64,000 bases of DNA from the NCBI RefSeq assembly GCF_001194135.2, contig NC_068981.1, forward strand, positions 81,999,002 to 82,063,001, given 5' to 3'. A model generated the notes under the pieces. It was given only the letters and a program-made list of their open reading frames with translations, was not told the DNA's origin and did not search any database. This document shows, in pieces, positions 61,747 through 64,000 of this stretch (the stretch's first letter is position 1; every line of letters begins with the position of its first letter). The DNA comes from Octopus bimaculoides (lineage: Eukaryota). The position numbers were made by a program, and so were the translations under genes.

Positions 61747-62638
61747 CGAAATTTGATCGATAAGTATCCGGACTATTGCTATAGTAACGAAGCTACGGTA
61801 CGCAGAGTAAAACCGCTGTGCAAAGATTGACTTTAATCTCTGCTGTGCATGCGCACTAAGTTTTAACGTTCTATCTTACTTCCGCTGTTTACAGCAGTAA
61901 TTGGAAGGAAGGGGTGTAGCCTGGGATTGTCGCATTGACCATGGCAGAGAAAGTTGTCATAGCAATACTTGCTCAGAGGCCAACGCAAAGTTGCAGAAAG
62001 TGCATGGAGAGAAGTGTATGAGCTGCACACAAGTGTAGAACTGATTTAATCGTTTCCAAGATGGCCGAAAAATGTCGTTAGTGACGAACACTCTGAGAGA
62101 CTAGTAACCAGCGGAACTGAGAAAAACACCGCAGATGTCCATGCAGCTGTGAGGGGAAATCGTCGAATCAGCATCCGCGAGTTATCAGAGGATATGCAGA
62201 TTAGTTACCGTTCAGTTCAGTTCGTTATCACTGAAGACTGGGTATGAGACGCGTGAGTACCAAATTTGTGCCAAAACTGCTTTCAGCTGACCAAAAAGAC
62301 ATTCGGTTTGCAGTTGCATAAGATCACCTTTATTGTGTCGAGAACGATAAAAGCTTTTTGAAACTTTGGGTAGGCCTCTGAGCAAGTATCGCCAAGCTTT
62401 TCGCAAAATTTGATGAAGATTCTCTGCTCATCTTTCTCTGTTATGGTCAATGCGACGATCACACGTTACACAACTTCCTTTCAAGCACTGTTGCAAATAG
62501 CGGAAGGGAACTAGAACATTAAAACTTAGCGCGCATGCACAAAAGAATTCAAGGTTAAGCTGTGCCAAGCGGCTTCCATCTACGAGCATTTGTGTCGTTA
62601 CTATGGGAACAGTCCAGATACTTATTGATCAGACCACA
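61747..62638 (+). mobile_element. internally deleted mariner element with 207-bp inverted repeats
   Basis: 61747-61953 and 62432-62638 are diverged reverse complements (tgatcgataagtatccggact / agtccagatacttattgatca). Internal broken frames: EANAKLQKVHGEKCMS...DVHAAVRGNRRISIRELSEDMQIS...MRRVSTKFVPKLLSADQKDIR (HTH region and WVP-type motif). Confidence 0.9.
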
Positions 62639-62680
62639 TATATATATATATATAAATATATGGTTCAAATTTATTGAAAT

Positions 62681-62712
62681 ACAAAGACGAAGACAGGTGT
62701 AGGAACAACAAG

Positions 62713-62713
<1 letters not shown>
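62681..62713 (-). mobile_element. short fragment of the hammerhead-bearing repeat family
   Basis: Reverse complement gcttgttgttcctacacctgtcttcgtctttgt matches 31255-31288. Confidence 0.6.
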
Positions 62714-62750
<37 letters not shown>

Positions 62751-62773
62751 AACACAGCTCTTACACCATATTG

Positions 62774-63875
62774 AAGATATACTTAAAGCGTTCGACAGGG
62801 TTGACCATAATATCTTACTCTCAAAATTGGCAAATGCTGGAATCCGTGGAAAACTTCTACACTGGATTAAGTATTTCTTGGCGAATAGAACACAACATGT
62901 TGTGGTCGATGGAGCCTACTCAAGCCCAGCAAAAGTCACCAGTAGTGTCCCTCAGGGGACTGTCTTGGGCCCGCTCCTTTTTATAATTTACATAAACGAC
63001 CTTTCCAGCATCGTAAATCACTGCAAAGCGAAAATATTTGCTCGTGACACTAAGCTCCAGAAAACCATCAATGAAGAAGAAGACCGAACTCAACTCCAGT
63101 TTGGTCTATATGCTGTGAGTCAATGGGCAGACAAAAACAAAATGCAGCTAAACGTGAGAAAATTTGAGCTGATGCATTTTGGAAGAATGTCTATACTAAA
63201 ACAGCCATACTCTTTTCCTTTAGGGGAACCGCTCACAGCATCTAATAATATCAGAGACCTAGGTGTAATTGTTGATAACAATCCCAGTTGGAGTGCCCAC
63301 ATCAACAATAAGGTCGATATAGCTCGTAGGATGAGCTCCTGGATCTTTAGAACCTTCCGGTCCAGAGAACAAGGNNNNNNNNNNGAGTGCCCACATCAAC
63401 AATAAGGTCGATATAGCTCGTAGGATGAGCTCCTGGATCTTTAGAACCTTCCGGTCCAGAGAACAAGGTGTCATCATTCCACTTTTCTCCTCCTTTGTAC
63501 GGCCACACCTCGAATACTGCTGCGCCTTGTGGTCTCCTCATATAAAACAAGACATCTCGAAAATTGAATCACCCCAGAGGGCACTCACCAAACGAATTGA
63601 AGGCATGACTGATCTCGATTAGTGGGACCGCCTTAAAGCCTTGAAACTCTACTCTCTCCAGCACCACCGCGAGCGGTACATCTGCAATACAATTTCTTTT
63701 CCTCAACAGGCCCTGCCCGGTTTAACATTGTCCCAAAACTGATCAAAGAGGAAAAGGAACCCATCACCTTTAAACGGAGTCTGGACAGACTTCGTCAAGG
63801 AATACCAGACAAGCCACACATGCGTTGATACAACATGAACTCACTACTTGAATGGACCATAAACAAAACTTGACT
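62774..63875 (+). mobile_element. 5'-truncated CR1-like LINE, reverse transcriptase pseudogene
   Basis: LKAFDRVDH, VPQGTVLGPLLFIIYINDL (PQG at 62950-62958), catalytic FADD mutated to FARD (63037-63048), RDLGVIVD, RPHLEYCCALWSP; premature stop at 63620-63622; 84 bp duplicated across the spacer at 63375-63384. Confidence 0.95.
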
Positions 63876-64000
63876 TAATATATATATATGTGTGTCTGTG
63901 TGTGTGCGTGTGTGTCCGTGTGTGTGTCCGTGTGTGTGTATATATATGTATATATATATGTATGTGTATATATATATGTATGTGTATATATATATATATA
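63876..64000. repeat. (TA)n/(TG)n microsatellite
   Basis: Visible run. Confidence 0.95.

Overview
AT-rich, microsatellite-dense eukaryotic genomic DNA from a gapped draft assembly (ten long N-runs and eight 10-N spacers). The repeat content (three abundant tRNA-headed SINE families, CA/TA/TCTA/TCTG tracts) points to a coleoid cephalopod, most likely Octopus; this is an inference from recall, not a database result. I cannot identify a host protein-coding gene. Almost all long ORFs in the track are translated microsatellites or N-gaps. What can be supported is transposon debris: a CR1-like LINE reverse-transcriptase fragment (62.8-63.9 kb), a decayed LINE ORF1 with a zinc knuckle (35.0-36.4 kb, minus), a pogo/Tigger transposase fossil (45-47 kb), three Tc1/mariner remnants (one with 207-bp inverted repeats), a hAT MITE with an 8-bp TSD, a Helentron-type non-autonomous element, two LTR+PBS stubs and more than 30 SINE copies or fragments. 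The most interesting items are (i) a minimal hammerhead-ribozyme-like motif of the Penelope type in a dispersed repeat (43258-43294; decayed copy at 31181-31216), (ii) a near-perfect hairpin with 127-bp arms (17700-17970), (iii) an LTR+tRNA-Leu PBS stub flanked by 124-bp direct repeats (39151-40012), (iv) a recurrent tail-to-head junction in one SINE subfamily, and (v) several closely spaced inverted SINE pairs. A few splice-site-bounded open exon candidates are reported at low confidence. I found no convincing evidence of a complete novel gene system.
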